The position numbers were made by a program, and so were the translations under genes. A DNA stretch of 64,000 nt from the NCBI GenBank assembly GCA_965215505.1, contig OZ244065.1, positions 704,001-768,000 on the forward strand, written 5' to 3'. The notes beneath the pieces were generated by a model. It was not told the DNA's origin and ran no database searches. It saw nothing but the letters and a program-made list of their open reading frames with translations. Numbering within the stretch: position 1 is the stretch's first letter; each line of letters opens with the position of its first letter. Shown one piece after another: positions 35,075 through 44,898 of this stretch. Source of the DNA: Capsulimonadaceae bacterium. GTDB taxonomy: Bacteria > Armatimonadota > Armatimonadia > Armatimonadales > Capsulimonadaceae.

Positions 35075-35605
35075 CTATCCGATCAGCCGCGCAAACGCGG
35101 CTTCGTCCCAGCCGTAGCCGGCGTCGTCGTAGGTGACGCCTTTGATCTCGCGGCGGCCGGTGCGGGCATGCACGCCGCCCAGAGCCTCGTAGAAGCGGCG
35201 GGCGGGGTTGTGGACGTTGACCCAAATCAGCAGGGTCCGGTGGCCGTCCTGAGACATGCGCCGGGCGAAGGTCTGGACGAGGCGGCGGCCCAACCCCCGG
35301 CCCTGGTGGGATTGGAGCAGGTAGAGGCCGTAAATCTCGCTCCGGTAGTCGGGATCGCCCGCCTTCTCCGGGCCGCCCGCGACGAAGCCGACGGTCTCGC
35401 CGCCGTCCGTCTCGGCGACGTAGACCGTCGTTCTGGCGGGGCCGTCGGCGCGCAGGGTTTCGGCCCACATCCGCTCCCGGTCGGTGACGGAGAGGGCGTC
35501 GAGGTGTTCCTGCGGCATGATGCCTGGGTAGGTGGTGCGCCAGCTCTCCACATGCACCCGCGCGATGCCCGCCGCATCTTCGCAAGTGGCTTGCCGGATC
35601 GTCAT
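35075..35605 (-). CDS. GNAT family N-acetyltransferase
   Basis: IARVHVESWRTTY, EIYGLYLL..HQGRGLG, NPARRFYEALGG. Confidence 0.9.
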   Translation of the reverse strand: MTIRQATCEDAAGIARVHVESWRTTYPGIMPQEHLDALSVTDRERMWAETLRADGPARTTVYVAETDGGETVGFVAGGPEKAGDPDYRSEIYGLYLLQSHQGRGLGRRLVQTFARRMSQDGHRTLLIWVNVHNPARRFYEALGGVHARTGRREIKGVTYDDAGYGWDEAAFARLIG

Positions 35606-35982
35606 TTGTCCGTCTGCTCCGCCATAAAGATTTCAATGACTTCGATGCTGCCGACGATGTTCGCGTTGAACTCGGCCAATTCCTCCGCCGGTATCCAGTA
35701 TTCCTGATGCTCGCGGCTGCCGACGGTCTGCACGGCGTGGCGGCTGAGGTAGTCGGCGTTGACCTCAAAGCGCGTGACGTAGCCGACGGAATCCGAGGCG
35801 GCGTCGCGCGTGTTCCAGTCGCGGGCGATCTGGGCGGCGTACTCTTGGGACAGGACGGGGTAGAAGATCGGCTGGAACGGCAGGCGGGGCGGGAAGGCGG
35901 CCCAGCCGCTCGTCTGGATCAGGTCGAGTTCCTTCTGCCCGACGGGGCGGTAGAGGGTGAGGGTGGCGGGGGCGGTCGGCAT
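35602..35982 (-). CDS. Small conserved protein, possible ART-like fold (family often labelled ADP-ribosylation/crystallin J1)
   Basis: TLYRPVG..EL, FPPRLP.QPIFYPV, YAAQIARDWN, GYVTRF, HQEYWIPAEEL; TACAAT 6 nt before ATG suggests a leaderless mRNA. Confidence 0.7.
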   Translation of the reverse strand: MPTAPATLTLYRPVGQKELDLIQTSGWAAFPPRLPFQPIFYPVLSQEYAAQIARDWNTRDAASDSVGYVTRFEVNADYLSRHAVQTVGSREHQEYWIPAEELAEFNANIVGSIEVIEIFMAEQTDK

Positions 35983-36021
35983 GGGGGGATTGTACCCGAC
36001 CGGAGAAGCAGAGAGGAGAAA

Positions 36022-36046
36022 GGGGCGCGATTCATCGCGCCCCGAC
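36022..36046. repeat. REP hairpin (family B)
   Basis: GGGGCGCGAT-TC-ATCGCGCCCC-GAC. Confidence 0.7.
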
Positions 36047-36060
36047 AACGCGGAGGGCGT

Positions 36061-37536
36061 CTAGGCCGGCTCCTTCACCTTGTCCTGCATGACGTAGCCC
36101 TCGTTGTCGCAGGAGAAGAGGATCGGCTTGTCGTCCTTCACCGTCTCCAGGTGGACGGGGCGGCCCCACAACTTCTGGATGTTCCGCAGGACGCGCTCGG
36201 TGTAGTCGGGGTCCAGGGCCTTGCCGTCGAAGGCGTGTTTGAGGTACATCTCGCCCCGGCGCTTGTAGTCGCCGTCCTCGACGGTCAGGATAGGCTGGCC
36301 GAAATTCGTCATCGAGTCCACGATGCTGTCGCGGACGCGCCGCCAGTCTGTGTCCTGGACCACCCACATCTCCTCGCCGTCCACTTCTTCCAGCTTGTAG
36401 GTGTAGAGGTCCAGCTTCTTGACCAGAGGCTCGGTCAGGTACTTGCGGAGGAAGGTCACGTCGTTATCCTCCTCGCAGACCTGGAAGATCTTGGCGCGTC
36501 CCTCCCCGGCGGGGCGGGCGATGGCGCGGCCCATCCAGTCCAGTTCCTCCTCGTCGCCCACCTCGACCGTGCCGTCCCAGCGGCGCTCGATGTCCTTCAA
36601 AATTTGGAAGCCGACATAGTAAGGGTTGATCTGCATCCGCGAGCCGGACGGGGACAGCACGGACGAGTGCAGGCGGCGGAACTCCCAGTGCTCTTCGGAG
36701 GTCAGGTCCAGCGACTCCAAAATCTTCTCGTGCCAGTAGGACGCGAAGCCCTCGTTCATGATTTTGGTCCGCATCTGGGGCAGGAAGTACATCATCTCGT
36801 CGCGGATGATCTGCAAGATGTCCCGCTGCCACTCGGTCAAGGTCCGCCCGTACTCGATCAGGAACCGCAGCAGGTCCTTCTCCGGCTCCTCGGGGAACTT
36901 GCGGGCGCGCGGCTTGTGCCGCTCCCCGCCCCCGGCGACCTCCCAGATGTCGTCGTAGTCGGTCCGGCCCGGCTGCCCGGCGTGGAGGCGGTCGTCCTCG
37001 TGCTGCTCGGGCGTCTTGCGCTTCAGGGAGGGCGAGGTCGGGTCGAAATGCTCCTCGATGGTCATCACCGTGTCCAGGAACTCCTCGACCTCGCGCCAGC
37101 CGAACTCCTGCTCGTACTGCCGGATTCGCTCGGCGTGCAGGCGCATCTGCTCCACCATGCGCCTGTTGGTGTGGGCGAAATAGGTGTTGTGCTTGAAAAA
37201 GTGGCAGTGGCCCAGAACATGCGCGGCGACGAACTTGTGCGAGAGCATGGAGTTGTCTTCGACCAGAAACGCCTGGCAGGGATCGGTGTTGAAGACGATC
37301 TCGTAGATCTTGGACATGCCATACTCATACGAGGTCTTCTGCCGGTGGTAGTCCCGCCCGAAGGTCCAGTGTGAGAAGCGGGCCGGCAGGCCGTAAGCGC
37401 CTAGCTCGTAGATGACATGCTGCGGCACGACCTCAAAATGGGTCGGATACGGGTCCAGGCCGAACTCGCGGGCCTGGTCCCAGATGATCTCCAGCCAGCG
37501 CTCCAGTTCTACTTTCTCGGTCGGCGAAAAGCTCAT
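36061..37536 (-). CDS. spoVR: SpoVR/YcgB family protein
   Basis: RFSHWTFG, KIYEIVFN, AHVLGHCHFFK, TKIMNEGFASYWH, NPYYVG; start ATG 37536. Confidence 0.92.
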   Translation of the reverse strand: MSFSPTEKVELERWLEIIWDQAREFGLDPYPTHFEVVPQHVIYELGAYGLPARFSHWTFGRDYHRQKTSYEYGMSKIYEIVFNTDPCQAFLVEDNSMLSHKFVAAHVLGHCHFFKHNTYFAHTNRRMVEQMRLHAERIRQYEQEFGWREVEEFLDTVMTIEEHFDPTSPSLKRKTPEQHEDDRLHAGQPGRTDYDDIWEVAGGGERHKPRARKFPEEPEKDLLRFLIEYGRTLTEWQRDILQIIRDEMMYFLPQMRTKIMNEGFASYWHEKILESLDLTSEEHWEFRRLHSSVLSPSGSRMQINPYYVGFQILKDIERRWDGTVEVGDEEELDWMGRAIARPAGEGRAKIFQVCEEDNDVTFLRKYLTEPLVKKLDLYTYKLEEVDGEEMWVVQDTDWRRVRDSIVDSMTNFGQPILTVEDGDYKRRGEMYLKHAFDGKALDPDYTERVLRNIQKLWGRPVHLETVKDDKPILFSCDNEGYVMQDKVKEPA

Positions 37537-38162
37537 AGTGATATGTTCCCTTGCTGTTCCCGCGCGTCTTGCACCATGAAAACCAGAATGCCGAGGATCA
37601 TTTCCGGCTGGTGGATGTAGTACTCCGTCTCGTCTACGGTCACGTCGGCTCCCCGCAGCCGTAGGAACTTCCACGCGCTGCCGGTGGTGACAGCCCCATA
37701 AATGCAGGGCAGTTCCGTACCCCGGCGGGCGTTGAACCGCTGGGCGGCCAGCATTTCGGCGACGCACTGGCCCAGCCCGGACTTGATGTTGTCGTTTTTG
37801 GCTTCTACCACGGCGACAACGGGCGCCTGCACGACAAGCTGCAACGGCGACAGACTGAATAAGTAGTCGCAGACTCCGCCCAGCCCGACATCAGCGTCCA
37901 CCGTGAAGTCTACGCCGGAGAACAGGCTGATGCTGCCCCTAAAGTGACGCCGCGCCTCAGCCAGCACGGGCGCGATGATGAACTCCGAGCGCGCCTTCTC
38001 CGTGCTGATGTCCAAGGCCAGAGGGACCGAGTCGGCCAAAGTCTCCCGCAGAAGGGCGCTGGGGACGACCGGCATGGCCCGCGCGAAGACGTCCGTCTCA
38101 GACACCACATGCAGGCCGAACTGCTGGATGAGCATGTCTAACGTGAAGTTGTTGTAAGCCAT
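37533..38162 (-). CDS. PD-(D/E)XK-fold hypothetical protein
   Basis: MAYNNFTL, EKARSEFIIAPVL, GVCDYL, VVEAK, GQCVAEM, YGAVTTG..WKF. Confidence 0.75.
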   Translation of the reverse strand: MAYNNFTLDMLIQQFGLHVVSETDVFARAMPVVPSALLRETLADSVPLALDISTEKARSEFIIAPVLAEARRHFRGSISLFSGVDFTVDADVGLGGVCDYLFSLSPLQLVVQAPVVAVVEAKNDNIKSGLGQCVAEMLAAQRFNARRGTELPCIYGAVTTGSAWKFLRLRGADVTVDETEYYIHQPEMILGILVFMVQDAREQQGNISL

Positions 38163-38218
38163 GCGAATTCCCGTCCCTTAGTTCTGTTACCCGTCTGGAA
38201 CCCCGTGTGGTTCCCCGC

Positions 38219-41134
38219 TCAGAGCGCGGCGCGCACCTGGAGGGAGCCGGGCTGCCGGGCGGCGGCGGCGCTGATGGCCTCCGCCGAGCCGAGGACGACG
38301 CGGCGGCCGGGTTCGCGCATGGCATCCAGCACGTCGGCGAAGGCCCGGAAGTCCTGCTCCGTGGTGGCAAGCACCTGGTCGCGCCAGCCCTGCCGCCAGG
38401 CGTCCGTCTCGCCTGTCAGGTGCCGCAGAAGGGAGACGTAGCCGCGCGCGTCCGGCAGCCGGTAGGTGTCTAAGCGGCCGATGGTGCCGATGATGCTGCG
38501 GGTCAGCTCCTTGTCATCCAGGGCCGCTGCGCGCAGGAAGGCACCCGCACCGTCGTAGACGCCAAAGGTGGCGTCCACGTTGGGGTCACGCCAGGACAGG
38601 TAGGACAGGACGCCCGTTGTCGGGTCGAAGATGCAGGTCCCGCCATACGCGCCGCCCTGGACCCGCACCTGCTGCCAGAGCCAGCTCGTGGAAATGAACC
38701 GGGTGATAACGGACGTCGAGCCGTTCTCGGCCAGGCCGAGCGCGTAGAGGTTTGCGGCCTTGCCGACGGAGTTGACCTGGGACGGCACGGTCCAGGCCTC
38801 GCCGCCGCCCGCCGCCGTCTGCCAGTCCCAGGAAGCCGGGGCGGCGGGGTCGGACGGCAGGGAGGCCAGGAAGTCCCGCACCAAGGGCTTGGCCTGCGCC
38901 CAGTTGTCGCCGTCCAGGGTGATGTTGCAGAGCATGGCGTCGCGGCTGACGAGGATCTGTTTCACCCGTTCCAGCGCCTCCCGCACGGCGGGCCAGTCGG
39001 CGTCTATCTTGCCGACCAGATCGCGCAGGAAGAACAGGAACTCCAGGCCGCGCAGACGCTCCTCCGCCCAGCCGGCCTCGCTCAATGGCGCATGCAGGCG
39101 GATCATGACATACCCGGCATCGGCGGAGGCGAGGGAGGATTCCATGCGGGCCTTCTCCTCCACCGCGATCTGACGGAAGCGGTCGCGGTCGTCCCAGCGG
39201 GCGGTCGTGAGTACGTCGCGCAGGATGTCCAGCATCTCGCCGGTGCGGGGTGCCAGGACCTTTCCGCGCAGGAACAGCCAGGCAGCGGCCTCGCCCCCGC
39301 CGCGCGCGTCGCCGGTGAACAGGTCTGGCCGGATGCCGCCGGTGACGCGCCCGATGCGCTGGGTCAGGCGGACGTAGTCCTCACGCTCGGTGCCGAGCTG
39401 GAGGATGGCCCGGCCGAACAGCGTGGCGTAAGGCAGCAGGTCCGGCGTCAGCCGGTGCAGGTCCAGGCCAACATCCAGATAGGCGATGCCGCTGGTGTTC
39501 AGGTCGTGGGTGACGATCCGCGCCCCGTCCGCCGTCTCGACACCGATGGGGATGGGCGTGTTCTTCAGGGGCAGGTCCGCGCGCCCCAGCATCGGCAGGG
39601 TCGCCAGGACCTCGGGCGGGTCGGGCGTCTCCTGGCGCTCCTTCAGCGCCCGCGTCCGCGCCGCGACTTCTTCGGTTTCGCCCGGCCCGAAGGCGGCGCG
39701 GGCGGCCTCCAGCCTGGCCTTCTCGGCGGCCTCCATGGCCTGCGTCAGCCCTGGGTCGGGCCGCAGCGTCAGTGTCGTCCGGTGCGGGTTGTCCACGAAG
39801 AGGCTCCGGATCATGCCTTCAAAGTAGGGGCCTGCCTGCGCCCGGCTCTTGATCGCCTCCAGCGGCGCGGCGTAGGCCAGCGGCCACCAGGGGTCGCCGC
39901 CGTAGGTCCAGGTGGTCAGCGCGGAGAACATCTGGGTCAGGCCGCGCGGCGTCCCGCCCGAGTTCATCTCGCGCTTGTCGAACTCGATGGTGTTCAGGGC
40001 GGCTTCCAGGGCCGCGTGGTCAATGCCTTCGTCGGCCAGGCGGCGCAGGGTGTCCAGCATCAAAGCTTCGACGGCGGGCGCGTCCGCCTCGCGCGTCCCG
40101 CGCAGGCCGAATGAGAAATAGCTCTGGCGCAGGAGTGCGGCCAGGCCAGGCCCGGCGACGTCCTCACCCAGCCCCGAGTCGGTGAGCGCTTTCCGCAGGG
40201 GCGAGGCGGGCGTACCCATCAGGATGTGGCGCAGGATGGCGAGCGAGAGAGCGGTTTCCGGGCTGTCCATTTCAGTCAGCAGCCAGTTGACGCAGACCTG
40301 GGCCTTGCGCTCATTGTCCCCGTCCGCACTGACGGCGTATTCGTGTGTCACCGACGTGGGCTGACTGAACCGGGCCTGGAGCGGGACGGGGGGCGCGGGC
40401 GGGAGCGGTTCGAACTCGCTCAGGTAGTCGTCGAGCAGGCGCAGACGCTCCTCGGGGGCGTCGTCGCCGCTGAAGAAGATGCGGGCGTTGGACGGGTGGT
40501 AATAGGCGCGGTGGAAGGCGACGAACTGCTCATAGGTCAGGTCCGGGATGTCCTTCGGGTCGCCGCCCGAGGACAGCCGGTAAAGCTGGTCGGGGAACAG
40601 GGACGCCTGGGCGTACTTGTAGATCAGGGACGACGGCGAGGAATAAGCGCCCTTCATCTCATTGAAGACGACGCCCTTGTAGATCAGGGGGTCGGCGGGG
40701 TCGTTCAGTTCGTAGTGCCAGCCCTGCTGCTCGAAGGTTTCGCGCGCCAGGCGCGGGTAGAACACGGTATCCAGATAGACGTCAACGAGGTTGTAAAAGT
40801 CGCGCGTGTTGACGCTGGCGATCGGATAGCAGGTCCGGTCGGGGTAAGTGAGGGCGTTCAGGAACGTGTTCAGGGACCCTTTGATGAGTTCCACGAAAGG
40901 GTCTTTAAGGGGGTACTTGCGCGAGCCGCACAGGACGCAGTGTTCCAGGATGTGCGCGACGCCCGTCGAGTCCGAGGGGGGCGTGACGAAGGTGATACCG
41001 AAGCACTTGTTCTCGTCGTCGCTTTCCAAAGACAGCAACTCGGCCCCGGTCTTCATGTGCCGGTAAAGCCGCGCCTCGGTGCCGAGTTCCGCGATAGGCT
41101 GGTCGCGCACCAGCTCGAAGCCGTGGAGGTTCAT
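38219..41134 (-). CDS. M16C insulinase-family peptidase (PreP/Cym1-like)
   Basis: TGVAHILEHCVLCGSRKYP, FLNALTYPD, GVVFNEMKG, VRVQGGAYG, SWRDPN; start ATG 41134. Confidence 0.92.
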   Translation of the reverse strand: MNLHGFELVRDQPIAELGTEARLYRHMKTGAELLSLESDDENKCFGITFVTPPSDSTGVAHILEHCVLCGSRKYPLKDPFVELIKGSLNTFLNALTYPDRTCYPIASVNTRDFYNLVDVYLDTVFYPRLARETFEQQGWHYELNDPADPLIYKGVVFNEMKGAYSSPSSLIYKYAQASLFPDQLYRLSSGGDPKDIPDLTYEQFVAFHRAYYHPSNARIFFSGDDAPEERLRLLDDYLSEFEPLPPAPPVPLQARFSQPTSVTHEYAVSADGDNERKAQVCVNWLLTEMDSPETALSLAILRHILMGTPASPLRKALTDSGLGEDVAGPGLAALLRQSYFSFGLRGTREADAPAVEALMLDTLRRLADEGIDHAALEAALNTIEFDKREMNSGGTPRGLTQMFSALTTWTYGGDPWWPLAYAAPLEAIKSRAQAGPYFEGMIRSLFVDNPHRTTLTLRPDPGLTQAMEAAEKARLEAARAAFGPGETEEVAARTRALKERQETPDPPEVLATLPMLGRADLPLKNTPIPIGVETADGARIVTHDLNTSGIAYLDVGLDLHRLTPDLLPYATLFGRAILQLGTEREDYVRLTQRIGRVTGGIRPDLFTGDARGGGEAAAWLFLRGKVLAPRTGEMLDILRDVLTTARWDDRDRFRQIAVEEKARMESSLASADAGYVMIRLHAPLSEAGWAEERLRGLEFLFFLRDLVGKIDADWPAVREALERVKQILVSRDAMLCNITLDGDNWAQAKPLVRDFLASLPSDPAAPASWDWQTAAGGGEAWTVPSQVNSVGKAANLYALGLAENGSTSVITRFISTSWLWQQVRVQGGAYGGTCIFDPTTGVLSYLSWRDPNVDATFGVYDGAGAFLRAAALDDKELTRSIIGTIGRLDTYRLPDARGYVSLLRHLTGETDAWRQGWRDQVLATTEQDFRAFADVLDAMREPGRRVVLGSAEAISAAAARQPGSLQVRAAL

Positions 41135-41168
41135 GGATGGTTCTCTTTCTAAGGTGTGTGCGGCTGCC

Positions 41169-42395
41169 CTAGGCACCCAATCCCGCGCCGCCGCCGACGC
41201 CGCGCTCTTCGGCTTTGGCCTGGGCGTAGCCGCTCTCGGCGAAACCGCGCAGCGGGTCCGTGGGGTCCGGCAGGGCGAGGTCGGAGCGCACTTTCCACAG
41301 CAAGGGCCGGACGTCGGTCGCGAAGGCGGACTTGATGATCTCCTCGGCGGCGACAAGGTCCTCCGACTGACGCGCCTGGGCCAGCGCGGGTTGGTTTACG
41401 AGTAGGGCTTTGGCGTAGGCGGTTTGCAGGGCAATCAGGCTCTGGATCATCTCGGCGACCTTGTTTTTGAGCGTGTGGCTCTCGTCTATCATGTAGGCGA
41501 CGTCGCTGGCGATGCCGTCGTTCTCCCCGGCGACCAGTTCCGTGTAGATCAGGTACAGCTCGTAGGGGTTGACCGAGCCGGTCGTCAGGTCGTCGTCGGC
41601 GTACTTGCGGTTGTTGAAGTGGAAGCCGCCCAGGCGGCCCTCGTCCAGCAGGAAGGCGACGATGTGTTCGATGTTCGCGCCGGGCAGGTGGTGGCCCAGA
41701 TCCACCAGCACCTGGGCGCGTTCGCCTAGCCCAGCGCACAAGGCGTAGGCCATGCCCCAGTCGGCGATGTCGGTGTGGTAGAAGGCCGGCTCGAACGGCT
41801 TGTACTCGATCAGCATCCTTTGGTCGCCTTTGAGGTCGGCGTAGACTTCCGCCAAGCCCTCGGCGAAGCAGCGTTTGCGCGCCCGCATGTCCCCCTGGCC
41901 GGGGAAATTGGTGCCGTCGGCGAACCACAATGACAGGTTCCTGCTGCCGACGGTGTCCATGATCCCGACGCACTCGCGCATGTGGGCGACGGCCTTGTCC
42001 CGGACGGCAGGCCGGGCGCTGCCCAGGCTGCCGAACCGGTAATCATGGTCCTGGAAGACGTTCGGGTTGACCGCGCCGACCGAGAGGCCCAGTGAGCGCG
42101 CGTAGGCCGACAACTCCGACCAGTCCGCCCCGGCGTCCCACGGGATGTGGACGGCGACGCTCGGGGCGATGCCCGTGTACCGATGCGCCTGGGCGGCGTC
42201 CTCGAACTTCTCGAACACGGTGCGCGGCGCACCGGCCATTCGGAACGCCCCGAAGCGCGTCCCGCTGTCCGCGTATCCCCAGGAAGGCGTCTCGACCGCC
42301 TGCGTTTTCAGCCGCGCCTCGGCGGCGGCGACGTCTATCCCGTCATCGGCCAGACGCCGCGCGAGCAGATCATATTCGGCTTGATAGTTCGGCAT
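41169..42395 (-). CDS. rhaI: L-rhamnose isomerase (RhaI type)
   Basis: ETPSWGY..SGTRF, HIPWD, WFADGTNFPGQ, EYKPFEPAFYHTD, DLGHH, GFHFN..YADDDL. Confidence 0.88.
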   Translation of the reverse strand: MPNYQAEYDLLARRLADDGIDVAAAEARLKTQAVETPSWGYADSGTRFGAFRMAGAPRTVFEKFEDAAQAHRYTGIAPSVAVHIPWDAGADWSELSAYARSLGLSVGAVNPNVFQDHDYRFGSLGSARPAVRDKAVAHMRECVGIMDTVGSRNLSLWFADGTNFPGQGDMRARKRCFAEGLAEVYADLKGDQRMLIEYKPFEPAFYHTDIADWGMAYALCAGLGERAQVLVDLGHHLPGANIEHIVAFLLDEGRLGGFHFNNRKYADDDLTTGSVNPYELYLIYTELVAGENDGIASDVAYMIDESHTLKNKVAEMIQSLIALQTAYAKALLVNQPALAQARQSEDLVAAEEIIKSAFATDVRPLLWKVRSDLALPDPTDPLRGFAESGYAQAKAEERGVGGGAGLGA

Positions 42396-42457
42396 GGAAA
42401 ATCTCCCCTGCCCCTTAATTTCCCCGCCGGGCGTTCTTTTCCCTGCTTCCCTTCGCC

Positions 42458-42486
42458 TTGACAACGGAGCAGGCGCAAGGTACACT
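42458..42486 (+). promoter_or_regulatory. sigma70 promoter of aroF
   Basis: TTGACA-N17-TACACT. Confidence 0.75.
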
Positions 42487-42546
42487 GAAAGACGCTATTT
42501 TGAGTGACAAACTATTTCGAGGCGGCAGCGGTCCGAGGAGCAGGCA

Positions 42547-43578
42547 ATGATCATCATACTCTCGTCAGCGGCGACGAAGGAGAACTTGAAGCAAGTGACA
42601 CAGATGCTGGAGGAGCGCGGCTACGGCGTCCATCTCTCCGAGGGCGTGGAGACGACCATCGTGGGCGCGGTGGGCGTCCCCAACGACCCCTCGGGTAAGG
42701 CCGAAGTGATGGAGCAGTTCGCAGCCCTGCCCTTCGTGGACAGAGTCGTCCCGGTCACCAAGCCTTACAAGGTCGTCAACAAGCAGTTCCACCCGGAGCC
42801 GACCGTCATCAACGTGCGCGGCGTCCTCATCGGCGACCCGACTTTTGTCGCCGTCATGGCCGGCCCCTGCACGGTGGAAACCGAGCCTCAGCTCATGGAG
42901 GCCGCCCGCGCCGTCAAGGCCGCCGGGGCGCACATCCTGCGCGGGGGGGCCTACAAGCCCAGCACGTCCCCCTACTCCTTCCACGGCCACGGCGAGCCGG
43001 CCCTGAAGATGCTGGCCCAAGCGCGCGAAGAACTCGGCATGCCGATCATCACCGAAGTCTTAGACGTCCGTGACGTGGAACTCGTCTGCAAATACGCCGA
43101 CATCTTGCAGGTCGGGACGCGCAACATGGCGAACTTCCCGCTCCTGACCGAGATCGGCATGACGCAGACGCCGGTCATGCTCAAGCGCGGCATGGCGGCG
43201 ACCATTGAAGAATGGCTGCAAGCCGCCGAGTATATCGCGAGCCGGGGCAACAAGAACGTCATGCTCTGCGAGCGCGGCATCCGCACGTTCGAGACCTACA
43301 CCCGCAACACCTTCGACATCAACGCCGTCGCCGCCGTCAAGGAATTGTCGCACCTGCCCATCATCGCCGACCCCTCCCACGCCACCGGCAAGGCCAGTCT
43401 GGTCAACGCTGTGACCCGCGCCGCCATCGCCGCCGGTGCGGACGGCGTCATCATCGAGGTCCACCCGAACCCCGAGAAGGCCCTGAAGGACGGCGCCCAG
43501 TCCCTCCTGCCCGAAGCCTTCGTGAAACTGATGCACGACATCGCCCCCATCGCGCAGGCCGTGGGGCGGCACCTGTAG
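42547..43578 (+). CDS. aroF: DAHP synthase, class I-beta, with N-terminal regulatory domain
   Basis: AGPCTVE, LRGGAYKP, QVGTRNMAN, LKRG, CERGIRTFE, DPSHATG, DGAQSL. Confidence 0.93.
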   Translation: MIIILSSAATKENLKQVTQMLEERGYGVHLSEGVETTIVGAVGVPNDPSGKAEVMEQFAALPFVDRVVPVTKPYKVVNKQFHPEPTVINVRGVLIGDPTFVAVMAGPCTVETEPQLMEAARAVKAAGAHILRGGAYKPSTSPYSFHGHGEPALKMLAQAREELGMPIITEVLDVRDVELVCKYADILQVGTRNMANFPLLTEIGMTQTPVMLKRGMAATIEEWLQAAEYIASRGNKNVMLCERGIRTFETYTRNTFDINAVAAVKELSHLPIIADPSHATGKASLVNAVTRAAIAAGADGVIIEVHPNPEKALKDGAQSLLPEAFVKLMHDIAPIAQAVGRHL

Positions 43579-43599
43579 ACGGGCCACGAGGCAAAGAGG

Positions 43600-43660
43600 A
43601 AAACGACGAGGCCGCAGAGAATGAGCGTTTTAGCAACGCTTCTCTGCGGCCTCCGTTTTG
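43600..43660 (+). terminator. Long hairpin after aroF
   Basis: GAGGCCGCAGAGA..AGCGTT / AACGCT TCTCTGCGGCCTC followed by CGTTTTG. Confidence 0.6.
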
Positions 43661-43688
43661 TTGCCGCACACGCTGTACTTGGGACGAA

Positions 43689-43880
43689 ATGCGGACACCC
43701 AAACAATTCGGTCTTTGTCTATTTGCCGTCGCCTGTTGCTGCACACCCTACATCGGCTGGCTCCTCTGGCGAAAACATATGCGGATAGGACGCTGGGATT
43801 TGGAAGCGTATGATGTGTACCTTGCTCAGAGTAATCTTGGGCAACCGCCGAAAACACTTTTGCGCCAAACCGGACCGTAA
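43689..43880 (+). CDS. Small hypothetical membrane protein
   Basis: MRTPKQFGLCLFAVACCC...; ends just before the antitoxin RBS. Confidence 0.35.
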   Translation: MRTPKQFGLCLFAVACCCTPYIGWLLWRKHMRIGRWDLEAYDVYLAQSNLGQPPKTLLRQTGP

Positions 43881-43889
43881 GGAGACTTT

Positions 43890-44168
43890 ATGACCATTAC
43901 ACTTGCACCGCAGACCGAGGCGAAACTAAAAGAAATGGCGAGTCGGGAGGGCCGTGAGGTAAACGCATTGGCCGACGATTTGCTGGCTGCTGTGGTGGAA
44001 GCCGCCGACCGGGACCATCTGGAAATGCTGGAGGGCATCGAGCGCGGACGGCAGGCCTATGCAGAAGGCCGGTCACGCCCTTTCTCTGAATATGTGTCTG
44101 ATGTCTTACAGCGTCGTCAAGACCGTGATGCCGCTCACACACAGGAGCCAGAGAAAATTGCCGCCTGA
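43890..44168 (+). CDS. RHH/CopG-like antitoxin
   Basis: MTITLAPQTEAKL.., LEGIERG...AEGRSRPF; AAGGAG RBS. Confidence 0.75.
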   Translation: MTITLAPQTEAKLKEMASREGREVNALADDLLAAVVEAADRDHLEMLEGIERGRQAYAEGRSRPFSEYVSDVLQRRQDRDAAHTQEPEKIAA

Positions 44169-44538
44169 TGCCCCCGAAGATGACGAGCCACGCATCTACA
44201 TCGTGCGCTTGTCTGAACCTGCTGAAGCTGAGATAGAAGCCGCCTATCTTCACCTGATGGGGGCCATTTCTTTCTCGTTTGCAAATCGCTGGCAGGATGG
44301 GCTTTTTCAGGCGATTAACGGCTTGTCTCTGTTCCCATTGCGCTATGAGGCAGTGCAAGGGCGCGGCAAGTCTCAGAGTTCAGCACGGCGCTTGGTCTAT
44401 CGACAAGGGCGAGTCGTCTACCGTGTCCTCTTCGACCTTGTGGATGAGGATGATGACGGAGAGTTGGACACGATTGTGATCTTGCATATCCGTCACGGCG
44501 CACAATCAGACTCATCCGAGGAAGACGAAGCCATCTAG
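44158..44538 (+). CDS. RelE/ParE family toxin
   Basis: VRLSEPAEAEI, LSLFPLR, RRLVY..YRVLF, VILHIRHG; TTG start with AGGAG RBS. Confidence 0.8.
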   Translation: MPPDAPEDDEPRIYIVRLSEPAEAEIEAAYLHLMGAISFSFANRWQDGLFQAINGLSLFPLRYEAVQGRGKSQSSARRLVYRQGRVVYRVLFDLVDEDDDGELDTIVILHIRHGAQSDSSEEDEAI

Positions 44539-44553
44539 AAAGGAACACCCATC

Positions 44554-44871
44554 ATGGCATTTGACCAGTATCACGAACCGCCGGGCGAGCTTTCGCAGGA
44601 GACGCGGACGTTTGCTCGAATGATCGCGTCGCTCACCGAAGAAGCCGAGGCGATCAACTGGTACGAGCAGCGGCTTTCGGTCGAGAAGAACAAGGACGCG
44701 CGGGCGATCATGGCGAACGCCCAGCAGGAGGAGTTCAAGCACTTCGGCATGGACCTGGAGTTCCTGCTGCGCCAGAAGCCGAAGTGGCGGATCGCGATGC
44801 AGAAGATCCTGTTCCAAGACGGCGACATCGTGGAGCATGGGGAAGAAGCCGAAAAGGCCGAGGACGAGTAG
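44554..44871 (+). CDS. Encapsulated-ferritin-type (EncFtn-like) ferritin protein
   Basis: YHEP, SLTEEAEAINWYEQR, EEFKHFGM.LEFL. Confidence 0.8.
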   Translation: MAFDQYHEPPGELSQETRTFARMIASLTEEAEAINWYEQRLSVEKNKDARAIMANAQQEEFKHFGMDLEFLLRQKPKWRIAMQKILFQDGDIVEHGEEAEKAEDE

Positions 44872-44898
44872 GCTCTTAGGAATCAGGATACGGAGCGG

